Shown here in pieces: positions 61,054 through 64,000 of a stretch of 64,000 bases of DNA. The notes under the pieces were generated by a model that was not told the origin of the DNA, ran no database searches, and worked only from the letters and a program-made list of their open reading frames with translations. Source of the stretch: an uncultured delta proteobacterium (GTDB taxonomy: Bacteria > Desulfobacterota > Binatia > UBA9968). The DNA lies in NCBI GenBank assembly GCA_963745835.1, contig CAVUZH010000013.1:288001-352000 (forward strand), written 5' to 3'. Numbering within the stretch: position 1 is the stretch's first letter; each line of letters begins with the position of its first letter. The translations under genes and the position numbers were made by a program.

Positions 61054-62880
61054 ATGAGAATCCATCGCTATACTCACTGGGATGGCACGCAACAGGTTCT
61101 CTTTCCCACCACCGAAGATCTACTCAAACATTTATCTGACAACCTTCTCGAGGAAGAAGGAGTGCGGCGCGCCTTACGCGATCTGATGCGGCGCGGCCTA
61201 ACATCGGAAGATGGCCAGCGTTCGGTCAAAGGCATGCGTGACTTTCTTCGCCAAGCCGACGAGAAGCGGCGAGAATTGCTCAACAAGTATTCTCCCGACT
61301 CATTCAAATTAAGCCCGGAAGAAACCCAGCAACTCAGCGACAAGCTCAACAGCTTGGCTGAAAAGCTCGAAGCGTATCACGATAAAATGCGCAACTTTAT
61401 GGAACGTCTCTCGGGTCGTTATGCCGACAGCATGGATGAGATGAACCGTAAGATGCAGGAGGCTTACCAGCGTTATCAAGAATTGCAGAAACGTTTGAAA
61501 AATCAGATCGCAGACCGCAGCAGTCAACAGTCGAGCAATCCCGGCGGGCAGGATTATCAGGGCATGATGAACATGCTGGATCGGATGAATAAGCTGCTGG
61601 AGGATGAGAACTTCCTCAAGAACCTGCCCAATATGCTCGATGCCGCGGTCGATGATCTGGACAATATGCTGGACAATCTCGACTCACTCACTCAAGAGCA
61701 GTTGCAGCAGCTCAGTGACATGATGAATCAGATGCAACAACTTGAGCAGCTGATGAATCAGTATCCGTTTCAGGGTTCGCAACGGATGGGCATGGGTGAA
61801 GCAGGCCAGATCCTCGGCCAACTACGCGGTTTGGAAAAATTTCTTCGTTGGGGTCAGCGCGGCATGGGCGATCCGTCCGAGCTCGATCTGGATGAGATAC
61901 GCAATATGTTAGGCGAGGATGCCTACGAGCAGCTTAAATATCTCAAGGGCGTCGAACAGATGCTCGAAGAAGAAGGGTACATCATACGGACCGGTCACGG
62001 CATGAGACTCACACCGAAGGGGATGAGAAAAATTGGCGATAAGGCGCTGCGGGAAATCTTTCACATGCTCAACAAGAACCGCTGGGGTGATCACTCTACC
62101 TCGGCGCGCGGCTCTCAAGGTGAGCAGCTGGAACAAACCAAGCCCTATGAGTTTGGTGATCCGCTCAATGTAAATATCAGCGAGACACTGATGAACGCGC
62201 TGGAAAGCGGCAACCGCAGCGTTCCGGTGCGGTTAAGACCGGAAGATTTTTCGGTTCATCGCAACGAGTTCTCGACGGATAGCGAAACTGTCCTGTGCAT
62301 CGACGTCAGCTACTCGATGCTAATGAATGACGCGTTACACGCTGGCAAAAAGGTCGCCCTCGCGCTGCATCGCTTGATTGAAACGAAATTTCCCCAAGAC
62401 AAGCTCCATCTGGTGGCATTCCGGTCTAATGCGAAAATAATCAGAGCCGAAGATTTGCCATCGATTGTCTCACTGACGTACTTCATGGAGCATGGCACCG
62501 ATATCAAAGAAGCGCTTCGTTTCGCGCGTCAGCTTCTCGGTTCAAACCGCTCGGCAAATCGGCAAATCATTCTCATCACCGACGGCGAACCCACTGCCGC
62601 CACTCTCGATCAGGGCGGCAGATTGCACAGCGGCTGGGGCTCAGCAATGCTGCACGGTCGTATTGTTCGTGAAACTCTCAAAGAGGTCAGGCGTTGCACC
62701 CAAAGCGGGATCAAGATCAATACCTTCATGCTGGGCGCAGATTTTTACCGGCAGGGTTTCGTTGACCAGCTCTCCCGCCTCAACGCTGGCCGGGTTTTTT
62801 ATACCTCGCCCGATCAGATGGGCAACTACATCGTGGTCGATTATCTGGCGAATAAACGCAAGCGGATCGGCAGCCGCTAA
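61054..62880 (+). CDS. VWA-domain protein with a long helical N-terminal region
   Basis: YTHWDGTQ N-terminus, MIDAS DVSYS, GTD, ITDGEPT. Confidence 0.88.
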   Translation: MRIHRYTHWDGTQQVLFPTTEDLLKHLSDNLLEEEGVRRALRDLMRRGLTSEDGQRSVKGMRDFLRQADEKRRELLNKYSPDSFKLSPEETQQLSDKLNSLAEKLEAYHDKMRNFMERLSGRYADSMDEMNRKMQEAYQRYQELQKRLKNQIADRSSQQSSNPGGQDYQGMMNMLDRMNKLLEDENFLKNLPNMLDAAVDDLDNMLDNLDSLTQEQLQQLSDMMNQMQQLEQLMNQYPFQGSQRMGMGEAGQILGQLRGLEKFLRWGQRGMGDPSELDLDEIRNMLGEDAYEQLKYLKGVEQMLEEEGYIIRTGHGMRLTPKGMRKIGDKALREIFHMLNKNRWGDHSTSARGSQGEQLEQTKPYEFGDPLNVNISETLMNALESGNRSVPVRLRPEDFSVHRNEFSTDSETVLCIDVSYSMLMNDALHAGKKVALALHRLIETKFPQDKLHLVAFRSNAKIIRAEDLPSIVSLTYFMEHGTDIKEALRFARQLLGSNRSANRQIILITDGEPTAATLDQGGRLHSGWGSAMLHGRIVRETLKEVRRCTQSGIKINTFMLGADFYRQGFVDQLSRLNAGRVFYTSPDQMGNYIVVDYLANKRKRIGSR

Positions 62881-62972
62881 TTAGAAGCAATAATCCCCTC
62901 TGTTTGGAGAGTATTAACCGCGTCTGAAATGTCGCTTAAAGTCCGCTCCGGATCTCCTTTCTAAGTTGCCGA

Positions 62973-64000
62973 TCAATTCGCTTCTGCGATCAGCGCCAAA
63001 ACTCCTGTATAGGCAAAAAGATGGTTCGCGCCACCCAGAGGCGCAAGCTCGTATCCACCAAACATTCCGATCAAAGGGAAATCCCCCAGAACCTGCCGAA
63101 TGTAAGCGCTGTCGATGCCGGGGATGCCGTACAGCGACGCGCCGCGCGCGCAACAGTTGAAGTAAACACCGAAAACAGGCTTTTTGCCGTCCAGGCGTTG
63201 CGCCTGACGCTTGAGCATTTGTCCCAGATCGTCGCGCGCCCTTTGCCCGTCGCGCAACGTGAAAATCATCGCTTGTCCTTCAGTTACTTCGTCCGCGACA
63301 CCGATGATTTTTTTCTCGGAATCCAAGCCGATGATGTTGCGTACTAAATACTCGCCTCCGCCCACGCTATTCCTGCGGCGATCAGCTGGCACGCCGACAA
63401 ATACGTACATCAATGCCCGCCTGAGATCTTCGAGCAACGGCCCCTTGAGCACAGAGGTAAAGACCTCAAACGCTGGACGATTATCGATCTCATAGATGAT
63501 ATTTCCATCGGCTCTGGTGATCACCAGCGGCTCAGTAATCGGCTGGCAGCCTTGCGTAATATCGATAAATGACTGAAACGAACCCGACAAATGGAGACCC
63601 GTGACGGCATTGGTGGCAACCTTGTCGTTGCACAATTGAAAAGTCGCGCCGGCAACACCACTCTCCGAAGAGCCTGCTCCGATTACCGGCGAGTAGCCGA
63701 TCTCGCGCTCCATCGCTTGCAGCATTTCCTGCGCCTGGCCATTGTAGCTGTCAGGCATAAGCACCGTGAGGAGATTGCCACCGAGGCCAGGTCCGGTGAG
63801 TTTCGCTATTCTCGCTCCCGCTTCGGCATCATGCCCGCGCAGCGGTTCAAACAAAAAAGCGTTCGTTTGCAGTTGATCGGAAGCAAGCGCAAGTACTGCA
63901 ATCCCATGACTGCCCTCGACTTCGCCCTCGCCCGTGAGAATACCGGCGGCGCTGGAGCCGACCACGACGGCGTGGTTGGACGCGTGAGACACAGCATCTC
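62973..64000 (-). CDS. FIST signal-transduction protein, 5' end beyond the right edge
   Basis: ITQGCQPI, IDNRPA, YLVRNIIG, YFNCCARG, GMFGGYELAP; frame is open to the edge. Confidence 0.9.
   Translation of the reverse strand, partial: DAVSHASNHAVVVGSSAAGILTGEGEVEGSHGIAVLALASDQLQTNAFLFEPLRGHDAEAGARIAKLTGPGLGGNLLTVLMPDSYNGQAQEMLQAMEREIGYSPVIGAGSSESGVAGATFQLCNDKVATNAVTGLHLSGSFQSFIDITQGCQPITEPLVITRADGNIIYEIDNRPAFEVFTSVLKGPLLEDLRRALMYVFVGVPADRRRNSVGGGEYLVRNIIGLDSEKKIIGVADEVTEGQAMIFTLRDGQRARDDLGQMLKRQAQRLDGKKPVFGVYFNCCARGASLYGIPGIDSAYIRQVLGDFPLIGMFGGYELAPLGGANHLFAYTGVLALIAEAN

Overview
Bacterial chromosomal window, moderately GC-rich, with no rRNA, tRNA, CRISPR array or intact transposase that I can see. 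The gene content resembles soil Candidatus Binatia/Binatota (Deltaproteobacteria-like) genomes, but that is an impression only. It is based on many orphan SsuA/NMT1- and FbpA-type binding proteins, xanthine-dehydrogenase-family Mo enzymes, LLM oxidoreductases, UbiD and short intergenic palindromic repeats. Housekeeping or recognisable genes: recQ, ridA-like, mutY, mtgA, msrPQ, DUF853, two short chrA genes, a cdaA-ybbR fusion, maiA and terC. Most notable: (1) a Tat-less Mo-bisPGD oxidoreductase paired with a fused ferredoxin-NrfD subunit carrying a Cys-to-Asp Fe-S ligand change, in a 14-kb neighbourhood that also has two thiol-dioxygenase-like cupins and a persulfide-dioxygenase-like MBL; (2) a decaying island at about 15.7-24.3 kb bounded by MITE-like elements, in which an intact CADD/PqqC-like diiron enzyme, an ornithine-cyclodeaminase-like gene, a binding protein and a cysteine dioxygenase survive among pseudogenes; (3) an XDH-family hydroxylase + ABC importer + UbiD operon for an unknown aromatic acid; (4) a dispersed MITE-like family whose copies start exactly on stop codons. 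Several single-base frameshifts in otherwise intact genes lie in short homopolymers and are probably sequencing errors. All functional assignments are motif-based; no database searches were run.
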